DNA of 64,000 nucleotides from Anaeramoeba ignava BMAN. Taxonomy: Eukaryota > Protista > Anaeramoebae. This document shows, piece by piece, positions 47,324 through 61,983 of this stretch. The DNA lies in assembly GCA_028826165.1 (NCBI GenBank), contig JAPDFW010000055.1, forward strand, positions 124,001-188,000, written 5' to 3'. Position 1 is the first letter of the stretch. Each line of letters opens with the position of its first letter. The notes beneath the pieces were generated by a model. That model did no database searches. It had not been told where the DNA came from and was given only the letters and a program-made list of their open reading frames with translations. Made by a program: the position numbers and the translations under genes.

Positions 47324-49470
47324 TTACCAAGAAACACTTTGATAATTTTTAAAGTATCTTCCAAAATAATTTACTCCAGTGTTTATACCAATAAAAATAG
47401 GGTCTAAAATCCGATTACAACTTTCAATATAATCAAATCCAATTCCTGTTTGTTTTCCAATTTCTTTTTTTTTTATTAAACAACTTGGATCAACACAATT
47501 CATATAAATTTTTGATTTTTCATAATCTTCAGCAGAAGTTTTAATTATCATGTTTAAAGAAGCTTTAGACATATTAATATGAGGAGTTTTTTCATTAACT
47601 TTTTGTTCATAAAATTTGCCTTCTTTTGTGGAAACATTAATAATATAATTTGCTTGATCTTGAGAGTTCATTAATCTTTTTAGTTTCTTAATAAAAATGA
47701 AAGGAGCTAATGTGTTTATTGCATGAGCTTCAAGGAGAGAAGATGTTGTAATTTCATGAACTGAAGAAATTATGACTTGATTATTAAGATTATTAATAAT
47801 ATCTTTTTTTTTAATTTCTATTAATTCTTCTCCATTTTCTTCTTGTATAATTAATTTATCATCATTTTCATTTTGATTTTCAAATTGATTTTGATTTTGA
47901 TTTTTATTTTTATTTTGATTTTGATTTTGATTTTCATTTTGATTTTCATTTTGATTTTTGATTTTCATTTTGATTTTGATTTTGATTTTGATTTTGATTT
48001 TGATTTTGATTTTGATTTTCGTTTTCATTTTCATTTGAAATTAATTTAATTTCATATTGTGATTCATTTTCTTGTTTTGTGAATGAATTTTCAACAAATT
48101 TTTTAAAATTAGTTTTATAATCTTTCAAAAGAATTTGAATTTCATTTTGGAAATTTGAAATATCATAATCATTTTCAAATTCATTTTGGAAAGAAACTTT
48201 TTGGTTTGCATTATTAATCAAAATATCCAATTTTTTTAATTTAACTTGAACAAGATAATCACAAAACATTTCCACTTTTTTTAAATCTCTAAAATCCATT
48301 TCTCCATAAATATTTAATCTATTTTTCCAAATATGGAAATCATTTTGAGTAACAAAACGAAGAGCAGCATCATTAGCAAATCTAGTAGTTAAATAAACAG
48401 TTGCACCATTTCTAAGTAATTTTAAACAACATTCAAAACCAGCTTTAATTCTTCCTCCTGTTACAAGTGCAATTTTTCCATTTAAATCACATTTTAAATT
48501 ACGTTTTGAATAACATATTTTATCACAATTTGAACAAAGTAATAATTTATAAAAAGGGTTTTGGAATTTTTGGAAATTCTTTTTACAAATTCTACATTTA
48601 TAATTTTGATTTAAATTTTGATTTAAATTTTGATTTAAATTTTCATTTAAATTTTCATTTAAATTTTCATTTAAATTTTGATTTAAATTTTCATTTAAAT
48701 TTTGATTTAAATTTTCATTTAAATTTTGATTTAAATTTTCATTTAAATTTTGATTTAAATTTTCTTTTAAATTTTGATTTAAATTTTGATTTAAATTTTG
48801 ATTTAAATTTTGATTTAAATTTTCATTTAAATTTTGATTTAAATTTTGATTTAAATTTTCATTTAAATTTTGATTTAAATTTTGATTTAAATTTTGATTT
48901 AAATTTTGATTTAAATTTTGATTTAAATTTTGATTTAAATTTTGATTTAAATTTTCATTTAAATTTTGATTTAAATTTTGATTTAAATTTTGATTTAAAT
49001 TTTCATTTAAATTTTGATTTAAATTTTCATTTAAATTTTGATTTAAATTTTTGATTTAAATTTTCATTTAAATTTTGATTTAAATTTTCATTTAAATTTT
49101 CATTTAAATTTTGATTTAAATTTTCATTTAAATTTTCATTTAAATTTTCATTTAAATTTTCATTTAAATTTTCATTTAAAATTTAATTTAAATTCTCATT
49201 GGAATTCATTAATTTATCAAAAAATTTTTGTTGATTTCTTGCTTGTTTAACTAATTGTGTTTTCCTTAATTTAATTCTTTCTTCATTTTGTTTATCAATT
49301 TCTTCTTTAATAAAAGAATAAAAAAGTTTTTTTCCTAATAAAAGTATTTCTTTATTCTTTTCTTCTTCTAAAAGTTTTTTTTCAGTAAAACAAGCAAGAG
49401 TTTTTGCACAAATTTCAAAATCACTTTCTTTTCTTTTCTTATTATTTTTCTTCTTATTATTATTTTTCAT
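47324..49470 (-). CDS. Atypical short-chain dehydrogenase/reductase with an N-terminal CxxC..CxxC motif; interrupted by NLNQ/NLNE and NQ repeats with frameshifts
   Basis: CRICKK..LCSNCDK..KRNLKCDLNGKIALVTGGRIKAGF..LLRNGATVYLTTRF (48300-48600), LDILINNANQ, INVSTKEGKF, PHINMSKASLNM, MNCVDP. Confidence 0.85.
48600..49190. repeat. 12-bp (TTTT(G/C)ATTTAAA)n repeat, coding NLNQ/NLNE on the minus strand
   Basis: Directly visible; no GT donor at its border. Confidence 0.9.
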
Positions 49471-49524
49471 TTTAAAAAAAGAAAAAAAATGAAAAAAAAT
49501 GAAAAATAAAAAATTTATTTTTTT

Positions 49525-52500
49525 CTATTTAATTTTAAAATTGTATTGATTTGATTCAATTTTTAAACTTATTATTGAAGAATTTGTCCAAAATAATTCA
49601 ATATTTTTAAATCTATCTATTTTTCTATTAATTTTTTGATTTAAAAGAGAAGAGAAATCAGGTGTTTGAATTGATTTAAATAAATTTGTTAATTTTTTTA
49701 ATTTTTTGGAAAATGTAGAATTTTTAATTTTCCAAATTAAAAGTAATTTATCATCTAAAGAAAAAGATGCAAATAATTTTCCATTTGGTGAAAATGAAAC
49801 ATTTGTAATATTTGATTTATGATATGAAATCAATGGTTCAATTTTGGAATTATTCAAATCATAAAAAATCACTTTTGATTCAGTTCCAATTAAAATTTTT
49901 CTAATTTCTTGATGATAAGCAAAAATTTGATAAGTATTTGATAATAAATGAAATATTTCCTCAATTTTTAATAAATTATCTGAGTTTGAAGATCCTTCAA
50001 TAGGAAAAATTTGAAGAGTAATTTCAACAATTTTGAAAATATAATCTGTAAATATAATTGGTTTTTTGGAAACAATTTCAAAAATTACTGATAATATTTT
50101 CTCAAATTGAATTTTTGTAAATTGATTTTTTTGTATTTCATTTTTCAGTGTTAATAAAATTAATCCAGGTTCTAAAAATCCTATTGAAAATAATATTGAA
50201 CGAGATGTTGTAAAAAATATTTCATTTTTCTCAATCAAAACGTATTGGAAAACAAAGCCAATAAATTGATCAATATTCGGGATATATTGCTTAAATGATG
50301 AGAATTGAGTTGTTATTAATTCAATCGCAATTAATCCTTGAATTTCCTTTTTTTGAACCAATTTGATTAAATTGGAAACTATTTTGGATTGGAATGATTT
50401 TTCAACATGATTTGAACAATATAAACAAAGAACTCCCAATAAAAGTAAATTATTAGCCTTCAATGTTTTTGTTGATGATATTTGAACATTTTGTCGCCAT
50501 TTAGAAGTTAATTTAATAATTTTTTTGGCTTCAATTTGATTACTTATATATTGAAGAATTGATCGAGATGATTGTTGAATATCCTCATTTGAATGCATCC
50601 AATATTTGAATAAATTTTCAAATATTGATATTAAATGTTGATTGTTCATTTCTTGAATCATTTTTTCAATATAATTTAATGCCATTTGTGTACCAAGAAT
50701 TTGATATTTTTTTTTCGGTAATTTTGCTAATGACATTCCAAATGATACAGACAAAAGTGATACTATTGATGCAAACATTGGATTGTTTTTCTTTAAATTA
50801 TCTAAGCTTGATTCTTCTTGTGATATAAAAAGTGTCAAAGTATTTGAATTACCAACTAATCCAAACTCAATATTTTGTTCTTGATTATTTGGATTTTTCT
50901 TTAATGATTTTTCAAAAATATTCATGTTATCAAGTTCAATAAAATATTCTATTAATTGAAATTTATTTTTCAATACTTTTCCTTGTTTGAGTCTTCTTAT
51001 CATTGTTTCTAAAAATAAAACAATATCTAAAAGTATTATATTATTATATCCAGATCCAATTTGAGAAAAGGATAAAAAATTGAGATTTTTTTGGAATGTT
51101 TTTCTTTGTTCTAAAACAAATTGGTTTTGTTTTTCATTTCTTGTATAAACTAAATAATTTTGTGGATATTTAACAAATGATGATAAATAAAATTGATTTT
51201 GATTTTCAATCACTCTATCAAGTTTCCCTTTTCTCAAATTCCAAAAATATAATAAACAATTTTCAAATTCAACTCCTAAATTTAATGATGATTTTTCCCA
51301 ATAAATTTTAACAATTTTTGAATTCTTTGAATGGCCTAAAATGTGAAATATTTGATTTTTCAAAGGATCACAAATTGAAACAACATTATCTTCATCAATA
51401 AATAAAAGCAAATTTTGATTTTTTGAAGGTTGGATTATATATTTAATAAGTGCAATATGATGTGAAAATGTTGCAATTTTAATTTTTTTGGTAAGATCCC
51501 AAACACATATTATGTAATCTTTTGAAACTGATATTAAATAATATTCTGATTTGTTTTTATTGAGGAATTCTGCTACAAATAAAGTGATGATTCTATCGGA
51601 ATGATCTCCAATAAATTTAATTGGTTTTGATGAACTTAAAGGGAAATATTTAACAGTAATTTCTCCGTTTGAATATCCATTAATTATTAAAATTTGATTT
51701 TGGGATTCTTTTTCGAAGAATAAAGTTGAAGTGATAAATGGATCTTTTTTTCTTTCATTTTCATTTTCATTTATATTTTTTGATAAAGAAGTAATATTGA
51801 TTTTTTTGGGATAAAATTGATTAACTTCTTGAATAATTTGTTCCCATTTCCAAAGAGAAATTGAACCAGATGAATCACCTGAAATTATAAATTTAGAATT
51901 GTAATTCGCAAATATTGTTGATTCTCCATTTTCTAACTTTTGATTTAAAATTGCTAAAATTGATGGAGAATTTAAATTTTCAAAAAAATTAAAAGAAATT
52001 TGTTTATGGGGAATATTGCTAGATATATTTGGTTCAGTTTTGGATTTCTTCATTTTAAGCAAATTACTATCATTTGATTTTCTAGTATTCTTGGTTTTGA
52101 TTGATTTTGATGATAAATCAGCTTTCAAAAATGCTTGAGAAAGTGAAATTAAATTTTCTTTTTCTAATTTTGGAATTTGATAAATAAAACATTTTCCATA
52201 ACGAGTAAAAGCAACAATATGAAAAGAATCTAAAAAATAAGCATCTTTCCAGAATTCGTTTTTGAGACAATTAATTGTATAATAAATTTTAACACCTTTG
52301 CAATCATATATTTGAATAAATAAATCACTAACAACTAAAAACAATTCTTCATTTGGAGAAAAAGTTGATGAAATTATATTTTCAATAGAAATTGTAACTC
52401 TTCTTAATAGAAATTGATCTGAATTTTGATTTTGATTATCATTTGAATTTGGATCAAATTTCCAAAAACATAATTTTCCATCATTTCCTAAAGAAATCAT

Positions 52501-53158
52501 TAAAGTATCTTTTTTTTGTAATTAAAAAATTTAAATATTTTTTTTAAAATATAAAAACAATTATTTTGTTTTGTTTACATTCATTAACTTGAAATGAAGA
52601 TAAATAAACACTTGAAATCCATGTATCATGACCATATAAAACTTGAATAACTTGAGATTTTTCAATATCAAAAATTTCAATTATATTACTTTCTCCAACA
52701 GCAACAAATTTGAATAAATGATTTGGGATTTGTTTTATTATTTTAGGAGAACAAGAAAGTAAATTTGGGAATAATTTCAAGCATAATCCATCTTTAAATT
52801 TCCAAATTGCAACAAATCCATCAATTGAAACTTGAAAAATTTTTTTTTAAAAATACACATAAATAATTTTATATAAATTTTATATAAATAAATAATTATA
52901 TAAATAAAAAGTACCAGTAATAAATGATTTTTCAGAAAAATAAATAATTTCTATAATTGAAGTTATTTTTGAATTATGAGCTAATAAAAACATTTTTTTA
53001 ATAAATTGATTTTTAAAAAATTTCCATAAAATAACATTTCCATTTAAATCTCCTGTAATAAGATGAATAGAATTTTTAGATAATAATAAAGAAGAGATTG
53101 AATAAGAAAAAGAATTTAAATTTTTCCATAATAATAATTTAATTTTTGAATTTTCCAT
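49525..53158 (-). CDS. WDR7: WDR7/WDR72 (Rabconnectin-3 beta)-like WD40 protein; exons 53158-52915, 52830-52579, 52508-49525
   Basis: LLLW..ISSLLLS..LITGDLNGNVILW..MFLLAHNSKITSI resembles the WDR7 N-terminus; two N-terminal WD clusters, helical region, C-terminal VSFSPNGKLFASFSLDD. Confidence 0.75.
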
Positions 53159-53254
53159 TTTAACTAAAAAAATAAAAAATAAAAATATAAATAAAAAAAA
53201 AATGAAAAAATGAAATTTCATTTTTTTCCTTTTTTTAAAAAAATATTTATAAAA

Positions 53255-54092
<838 letters not shown>

Positions 54093-54179
54093 TAAATAAA
54101 ACGAAAAAATTTTTTTTTTTTTTCATTTTTTTCCTTTCTTTTTTTTTTTAAAAATATTTCAATTAATTTTCTATTAAAA

Positions 54180-57100
54180 ATGTGTGCAGAAAAAATTGAT
54201 AAAGATGGTCAACTTTATAAAGTTATCGTTATTGGTTCATTTGCTTGTGGAAAAACAAGTATTATAAAAAGATTTACTGAAGGAGTTTTTACACCAAATT
54301 ATAAAATTGTAATTAAGAAAATTATTTATAAAATTATTTATAAAATTATTTATATAATTAAATATAAAATTATTTATAAAATTATTTATAAAATTAAATA
54401 TAAAATTATTTATAAAATTAATTATAAAATTATTTATAAAATTATTTATAAAATTATTTATAAAATTAAATATAAAATTATATATAAAATTATTTATAAA
54501 ATTATTTATAAAATTATTTATAAAATTATTTATAAAATTATTTATAAAATTAAATATAAAATTATTTATAAAATTATTTATAAAATTATTTATAAAATTA
54601 TTTATAAAATTATTTATAAAATTATTTATAAAATTATTTATAAAATTATTTATAAATTATTTATAAAATTATTTATAAAATTATTTATAAAATTAAATAT
54701 AAAATTATTTATAAAATTAATTATAAAATTATTTATAAAATTATTTATAAATTATTTATTAAATTATTTATAAAATTATTTATAAAATTAATTATAAAAT
54801 TATTTATAAAATTATTTATAAAATTATTTATAAAATTAATTATTAAATTATTTATAAAATTATTTATAAAATTATTTATAAAATTATTTATAAAATTAAT
54901 TATAAAATTATTTATAAAATTATTTATAAAATTATTTATAAAATTATTTATAAAATTAATTATAAAATTAATTATAAAATTATTTATAAAATTATTTATA
55001 AAATTAATTATAAAAATTATTTATAAAATTAATTATAAAATTATTTATAAAATTAATTATAAAATTATTTATAAAATTAAATATAAAATTATTTATAAAA
55101 TTATTTATAAAATTAAATTATTTATAAAATTAAATATAAAATTATTTATAAAATTATTTATAAAATTATTTATAAAATTATTTATAAAATTATTTATAAA
55201 ATTAATTATAAAATTATTTATTAAATTATTTATAAAATTATTTATAAAATTAAATATAAAATTAAATATAAAATTAAATATAAAATTAAATATAAAATTA
55301 TTTATAAAATTAAATATAAAATTATTTATAAAATTATTTATAAAATTAATTATAAAATTAATTATAAAATTAATTATAAAATTATTTATAAAATTATTTA
55401 TAAAATTAATTATAAAATTATTTATAAAATTATTTATAAAATTATTTATAAAATTATTTATAAAATTATTTATAAAATTAAATATAAAATTAATTATAAA
55501 ATTATTTATAAAATTATTTATAAAATTATTTATAAAATTATTTATAAAATTATTTATAAAATTAAATATAAAATTATTTATAAAATTATTTATAAAATTA
55601 TTTATAAAATTATTTATAAAATTATTTATAAAATTATTTATAAAATTATTTATAAAATTAAATATAAAATTATTTATAAAATTAAATATAAAATTATATA
55701 TAAAATTATTTATTAAATTATTTATTAAATTATTTATAAAATTATTTATAAAATTATTTATAAAATTATTTATTAAATTATTTATTAAATTATTTATAAA
55801 ATTATTTATAAAATTATTTATTAAATTATTTATAAAATTAAATATAAAATTATTTATAAAATTAATTATAAAATTATTTATAAAATTAATTATAAAATTA
55901 AATATAAAATTATTTATAAAATTATTTATAAAATTATTTATAAAATTATTTATTAAATTAAATATAAAATTAAATATAAAATTATTTATAAAATTATATA
56001 TAAAATTATTTATAAAATTATTTATAAAATTATTTATAAAATTATTTATAAAATTATTTATAAAATTATTTATAAAATTAAATATAAAATTATTTATAAA
56101 ATTAAATATAAAATTATATATAAAATTAAATATAAAATTAATTATAAAATTATATATAAAATTAAATATAAAATTAATTATAAAATTAAATATGAAATTA
56201 TTTATAAAATTATTTATAAAATTATTTATAAAATTATTTATAAAATTATTTATAAAATTATTTATAAAATTATTTATAAAATTATTTATTAAATTAAATA
56301 TTAAATTAAATATTAAATTATTTATAGAATTAAATATAAAATTAAATATAAAATTAATTATAAAAATTATTTATAAAATTAATTATAAAATTATTTATAA
56401 AATTAATTATAAAATTATTTATAAAATTATTTATAAAATTAATTATAAAATTAATTATAAAATTATTTATTAAATTATTTATAAAATTATTTATAAAATT
56501 ATTTATAAAATTAATTATTAAATTATTTATAAAATTATTTATAAAATTATTTATAAAATTAAATATAAAATTAATTATAAAATTATTTATAAAATTATTT
56601 ATAAAATTATTTATAAAATTATTTATAAAATTAATTATAAAATTATTTATTAAATTATTTATAAAATTAAATATAAAATTATTTATAAAATTAATTATAA
56701 AATTATTTATAAAAATTAAATATAAAATTATTTATAAAATTATATATAAAATTATTTATAAAATTAAATATAAAATTAAATATAAAATTATTTATAAAAT
56801 TATTTATAAAATTATTTATAAAATTATTTATAAAATTATTTATAAAATTAAATATAAAATTATTTATTAAATTAAATATAAAATTATTTATAAAATTATT
56901 TATAAAATTATTTATAAAATTATTTATAAAATTATTTATAAAATTATTTATAAAATTATTTATAAAATTATTTATTAAATTATTTATAAAATTATTTATA
57001 AAATTATTTATAAAATTATTTATAAAATTAAATATAAAATTATTTATAAAATTATTTATAAAATTATTTATAAAATTATTTATAAAATTATTTATTAAAT

Positions 57101-58786
57101 TATTTATAAAATTATATATAAAATTAAATATAAAATTATTTATAAAATTATATATAAAATTAAATATAAAATTATTTATAAAATTATATATAAAATTAAA
57201 TATAAAATTATTTATAAAATTATATATAAAATTAAATATAAAATTATTTATAAAATTATATATAAAATTATATATAAAATTATTTATAAATTTAATTATA
57301 AAATTGAAAAGACAATTGGTGTTGATTTTGCAGAAGCACAACTTACAAAAAATGGAAAAGAAATTACACTTCAATTATGGGATATTGCAGGTCATGAAAG
57401 ATTTGGAGCAATGACTAGAACATATTATAAAGAATCTTCAGCAGCAATTATAGTATTTGATTTAACTCGAGAAATGACACTTCATGAAGCAAAAAAAGTT
57501 TAATTTTCTTTTTAATTTTTCCAAAAAAAAATATTCAAATATAATTTTAATATTTATTTTGATTGATTTAATTTTATTTTAATTATTTATTTATTTAGTG
57601 GAGAGATGATGTTATGGATAAAGTTTTATTACCAAATAATGAACATGTTCCAATGATTTTATTAGCAAATAAAGTTATATCTCTTATTCCTCTTTTAATT
57701 TTTTAATTTTAATTAAAACATGATCCAAAAATTTTTTTAAAACAATATTTAATAGTGTGATCTTGAAAATCAACAAATTGAAGATGAACAAATTAATGAA
57801 TTTGCTGAAACTGAAGGATTTTTTAAATGGTTTATAAATTAAATTTCTTTTTCCAAAAAAAAACAACAAATTTATCAAAAAATTTTCTTTTATTATTTTT
57901 TTTATAAAAAAAAAGGTTTAAAACTTCAGCAAAAGATAATATTGGAATTGGTAAATTCAAGATGAAATTATTTATGAAATTATTTATAAAATTATTTATA
58001 AAATTAAATATAAAATTATTTATAAAATTATTTATAAAATTATTTATAAAATTAATTATAAAATTATTTATAAAATTATTTATTAAATTAAATATAAAAT
58101 TATTTATAAAATTATTAATAAAATTAAATATAAAATTAAATATAAAATTATTTATAAAATTATTTATAAAATTATTTATAAAATTATTTATAAAATTAAA
58201 TATAAAATTATTTATAAAATTATTTTATAAAATTATTAATAAAATTATTTATAAAATTAATTATAAAAATTATTTATAAAATTATTAATAAAATTAAATA
58301 TAAAATTCAAGATGAAATTATTTATAAAATTAAATATAAAATTAAATATAAAATTATTTATAAAATTATTTATAAAATTATTTATAAAATTAAATATAAA
58401 ATTATTTATTAAATTAAATATAAAATTAAATATAAAATTAAATATAAAATTAATTATAAAATTAATTATAAAATTATTTATAAAATTATTTATAAAATTA
58501 TTTATAAAATTATTTATAAAATTAAATATAAAATTAAATATAAAATTATTTATAAAATTATTTATAAAATTATTTATAAAATTATTTATAAAATTAATTA
58601 TAAAATTATTTATAAAATTAATTATAAAATTATAAAGATAATGCAATGAATTCTCTTGTTGATAAATTAATTGAACTTTCAATTGAAGCAAGAAAACCAA
58701 AAGAAAAAGATACAATCCAAATTCAAGATACAAGTTTAACTGATCAAAAAAATGAAAAAAAAAATCAAAAAACAGGATGTTGTTGA
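54180..58786 (+). CDS. RAB32: Rab32/38/29-family GTPase; exons 54180-54308, 57312-57497, 57599-57673, 57756-57829, 57916-57950, 58638-58786
   Basis: GSFACGKTS, YKITIGVDF, WDIAGHERFG (WDIAG family signature), LLANKCD, TSAK, C-terminal CC prenylation motif; all introns GT-AG and in frame. Confidence 0.9.
54320..57300. repeat. 12-bp (TATAAAATTATT)n satellite filling the 3003-nt Rab32 intron 1; the same unit fills intron 5 (57960-58630)
   Basis: Directly visible. Confidence 0.95.
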
Positions 58787-59426
58787 TTAAAAATACATTT
58801 TATCTTTCTTTCAATTTTCTTCTTTTTATCATTTTTTTAAATGAATTAAAATCATTCTTTTAAAAACAAAAAAAAAAACATACAAAAAAAAATCAATTAC
58901 AAAAAATAATTTCAAAATTAAAAAATTAATCAATTTTTAATTAATTACAAAAAACAAAACAAAACAAAACAAAACTTCTTTAAAAATCATTCTTTTTTTT
59001 TTTCAAATTTTCTTTTCTTTTCTTTTCTTTTTTTTCTCAATGAAGAAAAAAATTGATTTGAAATTTTTTATTTTTTAGAAATAATTTTTTATTTAATTCC
59101 ACTTTTTTTATTTCTTTTCTTTTATTTCTTCTTTCATTGATTTTGAGTTTATTTTTATAAATGAGGAAAAAATCAAAAAGAAAGTTGAGTTTTTTTTTTC
59201 TTTTTTTTTTGATTAAAATTATTTTAAAAAAAAAAAAAAAAAAAAAAGTGGAATAAAAAAAGTGGAATAAAAAAAATTATTTCAAATAAATAAAAAAAAT
59301 AAAAAATTAAAGATAACAAAATGATAGAATGGAAATCTGAGAGAAAAAATCAAAAAGAAAAAAGAGAAAAAATAATCAAAAAAAAAAATCAAAAAAAATT
59401 TTTTCATTTTTTTTTTTCGAATTTGA

Positions 59427-61585
59427 ATGAGATTTGGTTCTATTGCTCAAATTTCTCATAAAGATAAAGTTCTTGGAACTGTTTCAGCTTTAAGTTCAAA
59501 TTCTTGGCAATTATTTCTTTTAAGTTCTCTTTATTTTTTATGTTGTATTTTTGGTTTTTTTGAATTATATCGAATTTTTAAAACATCTTATAAAAAGTAA
59601 AAAGAAATTTAATTAATTTAAAATGAATGAAAGTAATAAATATTTATTTATTTTTTAAATTTAAAGCAAAATAAAAAGCAAAAATAGTAAAAAATTAAAC
59701 TCAAAAATTTTCTTTTTTCGAGTTTCAATAATTTCAGTTACTTTTTGGTTATCTTTACAAAGAGCTTTATTAAATCTTATTCAACCAACAAATTTTATTT
59801 ATAAAAGCAATTATTTAATCAATTTATTTTATCTCAGATTACCTTTATATTTACAATTTTTAGAGTGACGAATCAAAAATCAAAATCAAAATTCAATTAA
59901 AATTCAATTAAAATTCAATCCAATTCAAAATTAAATTAAAATTAAATCAAAATCAAATCAAAATCAAATCAAATTAAATTAAATCAAAATTAAATCAAAA
60001 TCAAATCAAAATCAAATTAAAATCAAAATCAAATTCAAATCAAATTCAATTCAAAATTAAATCAAATTAAATTAAATTAAAATCAAAATTAAATTAAATC
60101 AAAATCAAATTAAATCAAAATCAAAATCAAAATCAAAATTAAATCAAAATTAAATCAAATTCAAAATCAAAATCAAAATCAAAAATCAAAATCAAAATCA
60201 AATTTAAAATCAAAAAAATCAAAATCAAATCAAAATTAAATTAAATTCAATTAAAATCCAAATCAAATCAAAAATCAAATTAAAATTAAATCAAATCAAA
60301 TCAAAATCAAAATCAAAATCAATTAAATCAATTTAAATCAAATCAAATTAAATCAAAATTAAATCAAATCAAATCAAAATTAAATCAAAACAAATCAAAA
60401 TCAAATAAAATCAAATCAAATTAAAATCAAATTTAAATCAAATCAAATAAAATCAAATCAAATCAAATCAAAATCAAAATCAAATTAAATCAAATCAAAT
60501 CAATTCAAAATTCAATTTAAATCAAAATTAAATCAAATCAAAATTCAATTAAAATCAAATCAAATCAAATCAAATCAAATTAAATTAAATTTAAATCAAA
60601 TTTAAATTTAAATCAAATCAAATCAAAATTAAATTAAAATTAAATCAAAATTAAATTCAATCAAATTTAAATCAAATCAAATTTAAATCAAATTTAAATT
60701 TAAATCAAATCAAATCAAAATCAAAATCAAAATCAAAATTAAAATTAAATCAAAATCAAAATTAAATCAAATTTAAATCAAATCAAAATTAAATCAAAAT
60801 CAAAATTAAATCAAATTCAAATTCAAATTAAATCAAATCAAATTCAATTTAAATCAAAATCAAATCAAAATCAAAATCAAAATCAAAATCAAATTAAATC
60901 AAAATCAAATTAAAATTAAAATTAAAATAGTTTGGTTCTGTGTATTTGGTTTATGTCAGCTCTTTTATATTCATATTACGAACAAGATCAACGTTTAAGT
61001 AAATTAGTTACACCTTTATTCACAGTTTTAATTGTTATAACATTTATACTTAATTTAGTAGCATGTGTTATTGATCCAGAAAATCAAGTTTTTAATTTTG
61101 TTTTTCATGGTTCAACTTTTACTTTATTAGTTATTCTTTTGACTTTTTTTGGAACGAAAATTTACAGAATTTTAATTCAATTCAATTTAAAATCAAAAAC
61201 AAGACTTAGAGCAAAAACATTCATGAATTTAGTTATTGTTATTAGTTCTTTGTTTATAATTCGCTCTATTTATGATATTGCAAATGCTGTTGATAATTCA
61301 ATTCCAAATTGGATAATGGATAATGATAAAAGATTTTTATTGATTCATCTTCTTTTTTATTTCTTTTTTGAAATTTTAATGATTGTTTTTTTAATTTCAA
61401 TGATTCATTGGAATATTTCAAAAGAAAAACAATATTCTCATCAAAAAGATATTTTAAAAGAAAATTTAAAACAAAAACAATCTTTATTACCAAATTATTC
61501 AGAAGATAATTTAACAACTGGTGATGAAATTTTTAGTGATTTTGATGATTTATCAAATGATTTATCAAATGATAAAAAATTTTGA
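59427..61585 (+). CDS. GPR137/THH1-TOM1-like multi-TM membrane protein (340 aa); exons 59427-59596, 59667-59864, 60931-61585
   Basis: About 7 hydrophobic helices; RLPLYLQF, LFIIRSIYD and FFEIL motifs; acidic tail with an SLL dileucine-like signal; splicing yields an open frame. Confidence 0.65.
59875..60925. repeat. (AAAT(C/T))n / (AAAATC)n degenerate intronic satellite
   Basis: Directly visible. Confidence 0.9.
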
Positions 61586-61983
61586 ATTATTTTCTTTTTT
61601 ATAATCAATTTTTAATTGAAAACTTGTTGTTTTATTGTTTTGTTTTTTGTTTTTTGATTTTTGATTTTTGATTTTTGATTTTGAAAAAAAAAAGTGGAAT
61701 TTTCTTTTTCTTCCTCTTTTTTTTTTCTTTCTTTCTTTCTTTCTTTTCAACAAATAAATTAGTTTTCAATTTATTGATAATTAAAAAACTGTCAAAAATG
61801 ATTAATTTGTTTTAATTATTTTAGAAAGAAAAAAAATGGAAAAGAAAAAGAGAAAGAAAGAAAAGAATCATTTTCTCAATCATTTCTTTTCATTTCTTTT
61901 TATTTCTTTTTTCTGAATTTGATTTTGAATTGATTTTGATTTTGATTCTGAATTTGATTTTGAATTTGATTTTGATTTTGATT

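Noticed and set aside
59320-59342. ATGATAG...CTGA as a C/D snoRNA
   Set aside because: The C box is imperfect, the spacing is far too short, and there is no terminal stem.
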